Assembly (NCBI GenBank): GCA_963675595.2
Contig: CAXXLZ010000001.1
Location: 1-64,000 of the forward strand
Direction: 5' to 3'
Source: Thermodesulfobacteriota bacterium
Lineage (GTDB): Bacteria; Desulfobacterota; Desulfarculia; JACQYL01
DNA length: 64,000 nt
A program made the position numbers and the translations under genes. Below are positions 22,444 to 32,657 of this stretch, one piece after another; position 1 is the first letter of the stretch, and each line of letters starts with the position of its first letter. Below the pieces are notes generated by a model. That model did no database searches. It saw nothing but the letters and a program-made list of their open reading frames with translations, and had not been told where the DNA came from.

Positions 22444-22855
22444 ATGAAAGGTTGGTTTTGGCCCGGCATGATGGCCATGCTGTTGTGGGGCTTGTGGGGC
22501 TTCTTTCCCAAGCTCACCGTCCCGTCATATTAATCCGGGCAGTGCCCTGGTGTTTGAAACCTTGGGCGGCATGATCGTGGCTTTGGTGGTGCTTGTCGTC
22601 CTTGGGTTCAGAATCCAGACGAATCCGGCCGGGGTGGGGTATGCGCTGTTCACCGGTGTTTGCGGTTTTCTCGGGATCCTTTTCTACCTCAAGGCGGTAA
22701 CCGTAGGCAGGGTTTCCCTGGTGGCGACCATGACCGCTCTGTATCCCGTGGTGAGCGTCCTTCTCGCTCACTTTGTTCTGGGCGAGCCGCTGACCCTGAA
22801 GGAGGGCGCGGGCATCCTCCTGGCATGCCTCGCCATTCTTCTCATGGTGCTGTGA
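22444..22855 (+). CDS. EamA/DMT-family small membrane transporter, frameshifted
   Basis: MLLWGLWGFFPKL ... VSLVATMTALYPVVSVLLAHFVLGEPLT. Confidence 0.85.
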
Positions 22856-22909
22856 ACGGGAGAGAGCCCTCTCTTCACCCTCGAAGAAGAAGGCGTTTCT
22901 GGCGTTCGG

Positions 22910-24631
22910 TCATGATTCCTTGGGTGAGAACTTTTTCACCACCGCCGCGATTTCTTCTTCCGTAAACGGCTTGTGCAGAATTTCATTGACCCCGGCCGCA
23001 AAGGCGGCGTCGAAGTCCTGGGCCTCGTTTTGCGTGGTGACCATCACGATGGGGAGCGCGTCTTTGTCGTACCACCGGCGAACAAGGCCCGTCAGTTGGA
23101 TACCCGTGATTTCCGGCATATTCAGATCGGTCAAAATCAGATCGGGTTTTTCGGCGCGCACCCGGTCCACCGCCTCGGCGGGAAACTGGAAAAGCCGCGG
23201 TTCGCATCCCAAGTCGTAAAGCATACCCCGATAGATATTCAGTATCATCTTGGAATCGTCCACGGCGAAGATCACCGGTTTGGCTTCCGCTTCGGCCGTC
23301 GGGGCTCCCTCGATGAGCGAAGCCAGATCGTCCCGTCCGTTCTTCGTTAGAAGTTCGCAATAGTGGCCCTTCAAATCAGGATGAGCGCGCTCGGAAAGAT
23401 ACGGGACCGCCTTCTTAACGAAAAACTCCTCTTCCAGGAGGTCGAGGAACATGCGGTCGCATTGGGAGTTGATGATGGTGACCACGATGTTCAAGGCTTC
23501 CATGTCTTCGGTACGAATCATATTCTTGACGCCGGCGGCCAGAATCTCATCATAATTACGTTCAATGGCGCCGGCCGCCGCCGCTCTCACGTTGGCCACG
23601 GGATCCTGCAATCCGGCGCCCAAGGCGAAAGCCCCTTTATGCAACGGCAGGAGGCCAAGCGCCTCGTACGCGGCGAATCGCACGTTGGGATCGGCCGGGT
23701 GGGTGTGGATCAGTTTGCGCACGGCGGGAATGCTTGTGGGGTCTTTGATGTCCCCAAGAACGTTCAAGGAATGGATGACCAGGTCCGGGTCGTCCTGAGT
23801 CAGGTTTTCCAGAAGCAGGGGAACCGCCTTGGCTCCCACCTGCACCAGCATCTGTTTGCCCGTGCTGCGAATGTGCGCATGGGCCGATCCCAACGTTTCG
23901 TTGAGTTTTTCCAGGGACTCCACCGACTGGACCCGGGCGAAAACCTCCAGGATCAAGAAGTCGATTTCGGCGTCGATTCCGAGTTTCTCCGACAGTTTTT
24001 TCATGGCCGGAGGCGTGCCCAGGCGGCCGAGGGTTTCCACCGCCGCGGCCACGAGCCTCGCATTGCCGCTGTAAAGGAACTCCGCCACCAGGGAAACCGA
24101 CCATGAGTCACCGAGGTTTCCCAGAGCCGGCATGGCGGCTGCAAGCACCATATCATTGGCTCTTGAAGCAAGGAACTCCCTTAGAACCGGGACGGCCTCT
24201 TCGAGACGGATTTCACCGACCACCTCGGCCAGCAGGGCTTTCCCCGCGTCGTCATCCCCGGTCTTGAGGAGTGCCAGTGGGACCGAAGGCTTGTCGAGGG
24301 ACATGGAGAAGAGGAGTTCCCGAGCCAAAGAATCCACGTCGCCAAGGTCGGACGACTTGGAAACCAGGCGAACCAGTAAGGGAATCGCGAATCCTTCATC
24401 GGCTCTGCTGAGTTCGAGCAGGGCCTGCCTTTGGGTCTTGGCGTCCATCTCACCCAAATGGGCCAACACGATGCTCGCCTTGAGGAGGTCCTGTTTGGCG
24501 ATATCGTATCGCAGCTCGTCCAGGAATGCCTGGGGAGAAATATCCATCATATCACGTTCCATCCGGCCTTTAGCCCGGTCTTCCGAAGGGATGTAGGAAT
24601 CTCGAGCAGGCTTGAGGGGATTCACTTCCAA
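22910..24631 (-). CDS. HEAT-repeat protein with C-terminal receiver domain (start uncertain)
   Basis: Repeated AAVETLG / VRFAAYEALG helices; C-terminal VDDS..LILTDLNMP..KPF. Confidence 0.85.
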   Translation of the reverse strand: MEVNPLKPARDSYIPSEDRAKGRMERDMMDISPQAFLDELRYDIAKQDLLKASIVLAHLGEMDAKTQRQALLELSRADEGFAIPLLVRLVSKSSDLGDVDSLARELLFSMSLDKPSVPLALLKTGDDDAGKALLAEVVGEIRLEEAVPVLREFLASRANDMVLAAAMPALGNLGDSWSVSLVAEFLYSGNARLVAAAVETLGRLGTPPAMKKLSEKLGIDAEIDFLILEVFARVQSVESLEKLNETLGSAHAHIRSTGKQMLVQVGAKAVPLLLENLTQDDPDLVIHSLNVLGDIKDPTSIPAVRKLIHTHPADPNVRFAAYEALGLLPLHKGAFALGAGLQDPVANVRAAAAGAIERNYDEILAAGVKNMIRTEDMEALNIVVTIINSQCDRMFLDLLEEEFFVKKAVPYLSERAHPDLKGHYCELLTKNGRDDLASLIEGAPTAEAEAKPVIFAVDDSKMILNIYRGMLYDLGCEPRLFQFPAEAVDRVRAEKPDLILTDLNMPEITGIQLTGLVRRWYDKDALPIVMVTTQNEAQDFDAAFAAGVNEILHKPFTEEEIAAVVKKFSPKES

Positions 24632-24802
24632 AAGAGGCGGAGAATATCCGCGAGACGACCACCATTTTTCACAAAAAGATCATACTCAAGGGGACGGAAC
24701 CGGGTCAACGGAATTGTCTCCGTGCGAGTGAAGCCGCTCGACGGTCTGAAATCATGGGGCTTTGTCAACGAGCCGTGAAGAAGGAGGGAGCACGGAAGGA
24801 CT

Positions 24803-25309
24803 TTAGTTCCTTTTGGGTCTGGGACGAGATTCGGACATGGACTTCCTGAGCTCTCTGAGGCGATTCTGCAGGTCTCGGTAGGCGGAGGTGTTCAGGTCCT
24901 GATTACTCTTTCGGTAATCACGCATCTGGTCGAGGACCTGCCTGTAATCGGTTTGCAGTCCCTGCATTTCCGCGGACTTGCCGGGCGCCGGGGGAGGAGA
25001 CGTCGTGGCGGGCGTGGGAGCCGCGGGAGGCTGCACTGTGACCGTACGGATGGCTTTGTCCTGCGCCGAATCCTGAGGGGCGGGGCTCTTGATGGTGGTT
25101 TCGATGATGCGAAATTTCTTGTCGTCTTCCAGAATCTCGGGAGGAACGTTTTCTTCGTCGTTGGCGTAGTGTACTCGTCCCGATTCGTCTTTCCACACGT
25201 AAATCTTACCCACGGCGGGCGCGGAGAACATCAGGCAGACCACCGGGAGAAGAATCCGGAAAAGACTTCGGCCCAGCGGGACCGTGCATAGGTTGAGATT
25301 CATGACCAC
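24803..25309 (-). CDS. Secreted DUF4124-domain protein
   Basis: Signal peptide, KIYVWKDESGRVHY motif, Pro/Ala linker and coiled-coil tail. Confidence 0.75.
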   Translation of the reverse strand: MVMNLNLCTVPLGRSLFRILLPVVCLMFSAPAVGKIYVWKDESGRVHYANDEENVPPEILEDDKKFRIIETTIKSPAPQDSAQDKAIRTVTVQPPAAPTPATTSPPPAPGKSAEMQGLQTDYRQVLDQMRDYRKSNQDLNTSAYRDLQNRLRELRKSMSESRPRPKRN

Positions 25310-25451
25310 GTATTATAAGTTAGGGGGCAAGCCAAGGGCAACGATTTCCGGTGAAGATGCGATTTTCTTTCGCTTCCGACTTCCATAATTTTCTATTGAC
25401 TATTTCATGACGGATTGGTAAAAGCCTCTTTCACCCAACGGAACACCTTAT

Positions 25452-25527
25452 TCCTCGGTAGCTCAATCGGCAGAGCGGGTGGCTGTTAACCACTAGGTTG
25501 CAGGTTCGAGTCCTGCCCGGGGAGCCA
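25452..25527 (+). tRNA. tRNA-Asn(GTT)
   Basis: Cloverleaf TCCTCGG..AGCTCAATCGGCAGAGC..GGTGG-CTGTTAA-CCACT..GGTTCGAGTCC..CCGGGGAG-CCA. Confidence 0.97.
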
Positions 25528-25566
25528 AAAAAATCCTGGGCGAACCCATGCCCGGTTCGGTTTACA

Positions 25567-25605
25567 GGAAGCCCCATCGGATACCCCGGTGGGGCTTCCG
25601 TTTTT
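25567..25605 (+). terminator. Intrinsic terminator after tRNA-Asn
   Basis: GGAAGCCCCATCGG / CCGGTGGGGCTTCC stem followed by a T-run. Confidence 0.8.
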
Positions 25606-25701
25606 AGGGGCCGGTACTTCTGCAGGTACCGCCCTGCGAGAGCACCTCCCTCCCGGCCCTCGAAGCTCGACCCTGGAAATCGTGATGGTGTATTGGTCGA
25701 G

Positions 25702-25738
25702 CTCGTCCATTGTAGGGGCGGGCCGTAGCGACCGCCCA
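25702..25738 (+). repeat. GTAG-type REP-like element, copy 1
   Basis: CTCGTCCATTGTAGGGGCGGGCCGTAGCGACCGCCCA; direct repeat of 28004-28040. Confidence 0.7.
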
Positions 25739-26052
25739 GAAGACGGCCTTCGACTCTTCACATTGAGCAGGCATCGGCCCTAATCAAAGCTTGAAAAAAA
25801 TCGTCCGTAAACCCGCAGCGCTTACTGTTGACAAAACAGGTCACGGATTCAGGTAATAATAAAGGGAACGGTTTCTTAAGGGGACTGACGGATGATTCGA
25901 GGTTAACTATCTGAAGTAACTTGTGACGCCAAAATTAAACAGGGCGATCTCTTAGACTCCTATTGGTAAATTGCCGGAGCCGAAATTCACCCACGAATTC
26001 CTTTGACGAAGCAAAAAATAGTCGTTCCTTAGAACTCATAGGTAACATACTC

Positions 26053-27867
26053 TTAGGCCGAAACTATTTTGGATATCTTATTGTTAGGATTTCGCCGTTC
26101 TCGCACAAAACCCCGAACTTCTAATTTCGCATTCCTTGTCTCGTCGTTGAGCTCAAAGCTTGTTTTGTTCTCGGGAGTGTACCACTTCGTGTCTCTTCGG
26201 TTGCCATTTACAATGAAGTAGAATGCATATTCTACTTCGCCTGCAAAATAGTCATCAGATATTTCACATTGCGCTTCTAAAACATCATCATGTCGCTGAG
26301 TATGCACCACAAGCGGAGTTATATCTAAATGGTTATTTTTGAGGAAACGGTTTACCTCTTTTAAAGGTAGAGTTGGAAACGGTGGATTGATAGGTTCGTC
26401 CAACAGTTCAGGCCATAAGTTACGGATCACATTCAACATACTATTGCTGGATATTTGATCTTCGAATGGTGCGGCCAAGAAGGTACAAAGAACTGAACGG
26501 CAATTATACAGGCATACTGTATCGTGCGATATGTCACTTTCCAACAAGAGAGAACCATGCCAAGTTGGCATCAAATGCTCCCAGTAATATAATGATGGCA
26601 AATCATAGCCATGGGTTTGATTAAATAAATTTGTTTCGGCGATATAGCGCTCAAATTCTTTATAGGAAAATAGGTGATCAACAGCGTTGGTCCAACGATT
26701 GTATATTTTTACAAGTTTAGTCAAATATGAGTTATTTGAATTGGTTATTTGGTCAAAATTTGGTTTGTAATACCGAGCTCGGCAGATTTCCCCGATATTG
26801 GAGCGAACATGCAATCTATTTTCTGGATAGGTTTTGTAATAATCGTATGCGAGAGGAATGAAGTGTTCGAAATCAATACATTTTTTCACAATCCTTCTAA
26901 ATAAGGAATAATTAGAGGTTGCATGTTCCGACTTTGTTATCTCGTAATTAAAGAAATGATTCTCATGTTTCAGGTTATGCCTCTCCGATAGGCGTTCTGC
27001 TATTATGGCATCTACATAATTGACCTTTTCGCCCTTTCTGACGTATGTGAAATACGTCAATTGATCTTGGATATTTCTTGTCGCAGCAGTGGTTAATCTG
27101 CTGTCCAATCCAGCACTTAAGGAAACATTCAGTGGTGAGATCCGGTTGAATTTTTCCATTAATTCAGTAAAATATTGAGACGCAGTATCAACGACACTGA
27201 TGCTGGACAGAGGAGGCAATTCCTGCCGTGGAAAGTACCTATATAGTTTACCACTTTTCAGATTCAACTGATTGTTTGGTACAAGGACTCTAATGTCGTC
27301 ATAAATGCTTGCATGTCCTGGAAGAAAAGACATGTTATAGGTCTTAGGTTTTGCATTATCCAGAAAGTTTTTGCACTCTTTGGAAATTTCTTTTTCTAGA
27401 TAGTTGTGTAGAATAAAGGAATGAGACGCCACTGCAGGATAGGGAGAGCTAGTATAATAGACTGATTTCATTCCGGTGGCATCATTGAGAACATGTACGG
27501 CATCGCCTAATGAGTAGAAACATATAAATCGTCCACAACAGTTATCCAATTCATCGAAAAAATCATCTAAAGACTTTGCTAATTTGTTGAAAATGTAATT
27601 CGTGATTTTCTGGTGATCTGTAACTTCACAATTCAGCGAGACCAAATTTCCTAGAAGACAGAGGAACCCTTCCTGATTTCTTTGGGTACTGAATGGCTGT
27701 ACTGGATCATAAGAAATATTAAAAGTCTTGAATGACCAAGTTTTCCAATGGTGATGGACTGTAGGGGGCTCTGTAAAACAGGATGCAAAAAAACCTCTTT
27801 TCCACAAAAGATGACGATACGGGTTATCTGTTTCAATAAGATCAAAATTTAACATATTGGAATCCAT
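26053..27867 (-). CDS. AT-rich 604-aa protein with asparagine-synthase-like adenine-nucleotide (PP-loop) domain
   Basis: GRF..DATGMKSVYY, SLSAGLDSR, HVRSNIGEICR and YYWEH motifs; much lower GC than its flanks. Confidence 0.75.
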   Translation of the reverse strand: MDSNMLNFDLIETDNPYRHLLWKRGFFASCFTEPPTVHHHWKTWSFKTFNISYDPVQPFSTQRNQEGFLCLLGNLVSLNCEVTDHQKITNYIFNKLAKSLDDFFDELDNCCGRFICFYSLGDAVHVLNDATGMKSVYYTSSPYPAVASHSFILHNYLEKEISKECKNFLDNAKPKTYNMSFLPGHASIYDDIRVLVPNNQLNLKSGKLYRYFPRQELPPLSSISVVDTASQYFTELMEKFNRISPLNVSLSAGLDSRLTTAATRNIQDQLTYFTYVRKGEKVNYVDAIIAERLSERHNLKHENHFFNYEITKSEHATSNYSLFRRIVKKCIDFEHFIPLAYDYYKTYPENRLHVRSNIGEICRARYYKPNFDQITNSNNSYLTKLVKIYNRWTNAVDHLFSYKEFERYIAETNLFNQTHGYDLPSLYYWEHLMPTWHGSLLLESDISHDTVCLYNCRSVLCTFLAAPFEDQISSNSMLNVIRNLWPELLDEPINPPFPTLPLKEVNRFLKNNHLDITPLVVHTQRHDDVLEAQCEISDDYFAGEVEYAFYFIVNGNRRDTKWYTPENKTSFELNDETRNAKLEVRGFVRERRNPNNKISKIVSA

Positions 27868-27959
27868 CTCAAAAAGATCTCGGCAAGATAGAGATGCATC
27901 CTATTTGGAGCATGCCGAGAAAGTTGTCCGGGTACAATTCGTAACGAACGACGAGGCTT

Positions 27960-28440
27960 CTATAGTTGTGGAGCCGGGCAAAGGTAATCAGTCACGGGGG
28001 GGACTCGTCCATTGTAGGGGCAGGCCATAGTGCCTGCCCAATAGTCGGCCGAAGGCCCACCATCTCCCCTGTCCCCCCCTGTGCCGGCGTCCCTCTGCGG
28101 CGCACCCCGTGAATAAGTAAGGGCAAAGAGTCTTTTCACTTTCCAGCGTCGTTTATAGCGTCTAGACAGCCTGTCCGCACACCGCCAAGCGATTTCTCGT
28201 TCCGAGGTGACGCCCTCCAAATAGCCGACCATGAGCATCCGAAAGTACATGCCGGGTGGGATGGAAGGACCGCCGCCTTTGCGGAAGCGGGGGTTCGCAG
28301 AGTTCCTCCACCCGGGAGTCAAAGCCGTCTTCCTTCAGCCGTTCGTTCAGCTTCCGGTAGAACGGGTGGCCGGGACTTCGGGCAATTTGAACGTGGGGCA
28401 CCCACATGGGTACTGTTTCAATCCTTCTTTCCTGCCGAGC
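27960..28440 (-). pseudogene. IS1182/IS5-like transposase remnant
   Basis: PGHPFYRKLN..GFD..VEELC and PSIPPGMYFRMLMVGYLEG..SEREIAWRCAD, then RYKRRWKV; truncated. Confidence 0.75.
28004..28040 (+). repeat. GTAG-type REP-like element, copy 2
   Basis: CTCGTCCATTGTAGGGGCAGGCCATAGTGCCTGCCCA; 5 mismatches to copy 1. Confidence 0.7.
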
Positions 28441-28785
28441 GCCGTATCATCCTCGTTTTATGTTGTGTTGTCATCAAGTTAGTATACTTGTTGTCGCTCT
28501 CAAGGCAACTTCAAACTCAAAAAATCGGAGTCTTTCAACGGGTAGATATGCGGCTCATATCTAAGGAGCCGGACAGTCCAAGCCTCGCCGAAATTCGACG
28601 GGGCTTTTTTGTGTTCCCGCGGAGATGGCCGGACCATCCATGCCTGGTTGCGGAATTGTTCGTTGTTGTGACGCCAACAAAGTGGGCATGTGACGGCTTT
28701 ATCACTTCCTTCATCTCTCCTCCCTCTTTGTGGTACGTTGTGCAACGACCCGATTATGTGCTTCCGATTGGAGACGGAACTAACG

Positions 28786-29017
28786 ATGATGCTTGAAAGC
28801 ATTCAAGTCGATCATGCTCGGCTGACGGAAATATGCCGCCGGTACGGGGTTGTTCGACTTGACGTGATGGGCGGTTTCGCTCGCGGTGAAGCCGGAGCCG
28901 GAGATCGACCTGAAAGCGACCCACGCCGAACTGGTCGAGGCGGAGAAGGAGATCAAGGCGGCCAAGGACAAGCACAACGCGTTTCTGGTAGAACTGGGCC
29001 TGCCGCCGTTGCCGTAA
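28786..29017 (+). pseudogene. Chimeric relic: nucleotidyltransferase (MNT) N-terminus joined to a type I R-M HsdM-like C-terminus
   Basis: LTEICRRYGVVRLDVMGGFARGEA, then out of frame EIDLKATHAELVEAEKEIKAAKDKHNAFLVELGLPPLP*. Confidence 0.7.
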
Positions 29018-29335
29018 AGCTCTAGTGCTTAATTGCATAAATCTCTGTACTGGGGAGTGCTTTTCAAAAAGCACCCCCCAGACCCCCCGCAAAAGGCTTG
29101 AGCATGGCCGCACCGCCTGCGGCGGAGCGTCTCCGGGGGCAAATTGCATGAAGCTTCACGGACCTTTCATAGGCTCGTTTCGTTGGGGTTAGAGCAAAAA
29201 GAAATTCTGCAACCAGATACTAGGCGAGCCGCCCGAACCGGGGAAGGCTTGACATCGTCAAGGACCGTGATCTGTTCGACAAGGCGGTCGGATATATTCG
29301 GCGGTATTACCGATAAACCAAAGGAAACTTCGACT

Positions 29336-31249
29336 ATGTCCCATCAACCGACACCCTCGCAGCCTTTCGACTCCCTGTCCTGGGACGATCTCGTCATCTG
29401 GGCGGGGAGCGCGGTCGCCGGCCGGGGTCGCACTTACCAACGCCAGGGCCGAGTGGAAGACTTGGCCGTGACCGAAACCGGGGGCCTCATCGCGTCCGTG
29501 ATCGGCTCCGAGCGTTACGCGGTCCAGGTCCGCCTGGATGCGGACGGCATCCTCGAATCCTATTGCACCTGTCCCTACGAGTTCGACTGCAAACACGGCG
29601 TGGCCACGGTGTTGGAATACCTCGCCCAAGTCGGCCAAGACCGACCGATCCCCAGGGCGGACCCGCGGGACGAGCGTTTGGCCCGGACAAGCGACGTCGA
29701 GTTCGATGGAGAGGAGTGGGACGCCGACGATGGTGACGGTCCGGCTTTGTCCGGAGACGTCTTGGCGCAGGTCGATAGTCTGCTCAACGAAATGACGAAG
29801 TCGGAACTCGTCAAAATGATCCATGGTTTCGTGGAAAGATATCCAGCGGTCGCTTCCCAACTCAAGGACATCGTCCAGTTGCGCACCGGAGATGTCGACT
29901 CGCTCACGGCGCGCCTGCGCCGGGATATCCGCGAGGTGAGCAGCGAGCCGGCTTGGCGAAATCACTGGGACGGCGAGGGCTACACGCCCGACTACTCCGG
30001 TATTCGCGACAGGCTGGAGGCCTTGCTGGCCGCGGGTCATGCCGACGCGGTGCTCGCTCTCGGCAAGGAACTCATCGAATGCGGGACCGACCAGGTTGAA
30101 ATGAGCGACGACGAGGGCGAGACGGCCATGGAGGTCATCGGCTGCATCGCCGTGCTCCCGCGCGCCTTGGCGGCCTCCTCCATGCCGGAAGCCGATCGGC
30201 TCTTGTGGGCCCTGGATGCCGTGCTCAATGATCACTTAGACCTGTGCGAAGACCTCGACGGCTACCTGAATGAAGAACATACGCAAGCCGCCTGGCATGC
30301 CGTGGCCGACGACCTTCTCAAGCGGCTGGGCGAGGGCGAATTTCATAAGGGCGATTTCAGCAGCGGCTATCAACGGGACCGGCTGAGTAACCGGACCATA
30401 CAAGCCCTGGAACGGGCCGGCAGGAACGAGGAGATCATCTCTCTTTGCGAGGTCGAAGCGGGCAATACGGGCAGCTATGCCCGCCTCGTCAACCGTCTGA
30501 TCGCCTTGGAGCGCTATGAGGAGGCCGAGGGCTGGATTCGCAAAGGCATTTCGGCGACGCGGAAGCAGTACCCGGGGATTGCCTCCCATCTTCGGGACGC
30601 GTTGCTGACCATCAAGACCCGCCGGCGGGACTGGCCGGCCGTTGCGATTCTACGTGTGGAAGAGTTCGTTCGGACCCCCTCGGTCCAGACTTTTGAAGAC
30701 TGTAGAGGGACGGCCCAGCGGCTTGATATCTGGACGATGGTCCGCCACATGCTTCTTGAGCACCTTGTCGACGGCCGGCTTCCCTGGAAACAGCCTGAAT
30801 GGCCCTTGCCGATTCCGGGCAAGGACGCTCCGAAACCCGAACGACGCGACACTTTCCCCAGATTCACCACCTTGATCGACATCGCCATCCGGGAGGAAAA
30901 GCCCGAAGAGGTGCTGCGCTGGTATGACGGTCGCCCCGGGAAACACGTTTTTGGACACGGCGCCCTGGACGAAAGCGTCGCCACAGCCGTGGCATCCCAC
31001 GCCCCGGACCGAGCCGTGGCCATCTGGAAGGTTCTGGCGGAGCAGGCGATCGCTCGAGTCAAGCCGAGCGCCTATCATGAGGCGGCCAGGTATCTACGAA
31101 AAGCCGCCAAGGTCATGATTCGGGAGAAGAAAGAAACCGACTGGGAACAGTATCTGGCCGGCTTGCGAAGAGAGCATTTCCGGAAAAGGCGTCTGCTTGA
31201 GATTCTCGACACTTTGAGCGCGGAACCGATTGTGAAAGAAAGACGCTAG
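29336..31249 (+). CDS. SWIM zinc-finger protein with helical-repeat C-terminus
   Basis: RGRTYQRQGRV..CTCPYEFDCKHGVA (CxC..CKH). Confidence 0.85.
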   Translation: MSHQPTPSQPFDSLSWDDLVIWAGSAVAGRGRTYQRQGRVEDLAVTETGGLIASVIGSERYAVQVRLDADGILESYCTCPYEFDCKHGVATVLEYLAQVGQDRPIPRADPRDERLARTSDVEFDGEEWDADDGDGPALSGDVLAQVDSLLNEMTKSELVKMIHGFVERYPAVASQLKDIVQLRTGDVDSLTARLRRDIREVSSEPAWRNHWDGEGYTPDYSGIRDRLEALLAAGHADAVLALGKELIECGTDQVEMSDDEGETAMEVIGCIAVLPRALAASSMPEADRLLWALDAVLNDHLDLCEDLDGYLNEEHTQAAWHAVADDLLKRLGEGEFHKGDFSSGYQRDRLSNRTIQALERAGRNEEIISLCEVEAGNTGSYARLVNRLIALERYEEAEGWIRKGISATRKQYPGIASHLRDALLTIKTRRRDWPAVAILRVEEFVRTPSVQTFEDCRGTAQRLDIWTMVRHMLLEHLVDGRLPWKQPEWPLPIPGKDAPKPERRDTFPRFTTLIDIAIREEKPEEVLRWYDGRPGKHVFGHGALDESVATAVASHAPDRAVAIWKVLAEQAIARVKPSAYHEAARYLRKAAKVMIREKKETDWEQYLAGLRREHFRKRRLLEILDTLSAEPIVKERR

Positions 31250-31362
31250 GGCCGAAACAGTGCTCCTCCATTACAGCCGCCAAGAGACCGGGCGCCGGAT
31301 GTCACGGAGTGTCGGGCAAGAGTTCGTCTCTGTTGCGAACAGACTCAAACCTGAAGAGGAAT

Positions 31363-32016
31363 ATGGCCCCCATGATCCCGAAAGATATGGAAACAACGGT
31401 TTCCGAATATAAGCGATTGCGGCACCTGATAACTCAATTGCATACGGAAATTGGCGGACTTGCGAAAAAGGACGCCATTTTTGCCTGTGCCAAGCGCCTG
31501 CGAATGCTGAGCAGGCCGAATGGGAAAAAGGTCATCGTTTTTGAAGATGAATTCGAAATGGGTGTTTTTCAGGATTACCTGATCTACATGTACCGCCCCC
31601 GCGGTATCAGCCTTGTCCAGCAAATGCTCAACCGCAACCGCTATCCACAAGGAAGCACCGAAAGGCGACTACTCGAAGGGATGGTCAAAGCCCGCTTCTC
31701 AGTCTTTATGGTCAAAGAAGTCATTCAGCCCGCCGGATTCGTCGGTTTGGATATCATGAGCGGGGAAGAGTTCTTCATCCTTGATCTTTCACTTCCGCAG
31801 CAAGAAGTTGTCGGGGTGTTGATCGGTTTCAGAATTTTTCCATACCAGGACCTCTGGATGCACACCGGGGCGGGCCTTTCTCTTGGGCAGGTAGAAGATG
31901 TCGCCACCTTCCAACCCATGGGAGAAACCATGAGTGAAAAGGACGAGCGGCAGTTGAACGAGGAATCCATTTTCAACCGGCGCGATATGATTGGTATGAT
32001 GGAACGAGATGTCTGA
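31363..32016 (+). CDS. Hypothetical protein
   Basis: Long ORF with GAGGA RBS, co-directional with the SWIM gene. Confidence 0.65.
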   Translation: MAPMIPKDMETTVSEYKRLRHLITQLHTEIGGLAKKDAIFACAKRLRMLSRPNGKKVIVFEDEFEMGVFQDYLIYMYRPRGISLVQQMLNRNRYPQGSTERRLLEGMVKARFSVFMVKEVIQPAGFVGLDIMSGEEFFILDLSLPQQEVVGVLIGFRIFPYQDLWMHTGAGLSLGQVEDVATFQPMGETMSEKDERQLNEESIFNRRDMIGMMERDV

Positions 32017-32485
32017 CATGAGGCGGCCAAGAAATGGGATTACTGCCGGCAAGCAACTCGTCGTGCCCGATTCGGACGAGCATTTCGCCTATATCGCCGG
32101 CTACACTGAAGGTGGTTTTCCTTACGGAATCACCTGGGAGGAGATGCGAACGATGGCGGAAGAGAAACCCGAAATTGGCAAAGCGCCGAAGGAGCCATCG
32201 GATCTCCAACCCGAACCTATCGTCGCATTTTTCGCCGGGTTTGGCCTCGTTGTCGAGGTAAAGCGCAACCGGGGTGGGTTGTCGATCTTTACCTTGCCCG
32301 ACAGAACTCCCCTGGCCCGACTGATGTCGGCCGGAAAGGGCGATCTGGTAGAGGTTCTGTGGTGGAGCCACCGTGACCGGTGGGAATCGATCGGTGATCT
32401 CGGCGGAGTGGTAATGTCGCTGCGAAAGGCATTGCAGTATGTCGTCGACGACAAGCCGGGCTGTTTCGGTTTTCGGATCTTCTGA
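32009..32485 (+). CDS. Hypothetical protein
   Basis: Overlaps the previous stop; contains DSDEHFAYIAGYTEGGFPYGITWEE. Confidence 0.6.
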   Translation: MSDMRRPRNGITAGKQLVVPDSDEHFAYIAGYTEGGFPYGITWEEMRTMAEEKPEIGKAPKEPSDLQPEPIVAFFAGFGLVVEVKRNRGGLSIFTLPDRTPLARLMSAGKGDLVEVLWWSHRDRWESIGDLGGVVMSLRKALQYVVDDKPGCFGFRIF

Positions 32486-32657
32486 GAGAATGGTGTAGGA
32501 GAAAACCATCGCAGGCCAATTCCACGCTTCTTGCTTGACTTCAGCAAAAGGCGAGAACAACCCCGTTTTCGTTTCGCACCGGGCGGGACGGATGTGGAAT
32601 GTGTCCGAAAGCTTTCCCATAACCACAGCCGGTTTACACTTCCGGGGCGTTTCCGAA

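Noticed and set aside
29031-29149. Short hairpin-rich segment bounded by AATTGCAT direct repeats as a distinct MITE
   Set aside because: Single copy in the window with no clear terminal inverted repeats; not enough support.
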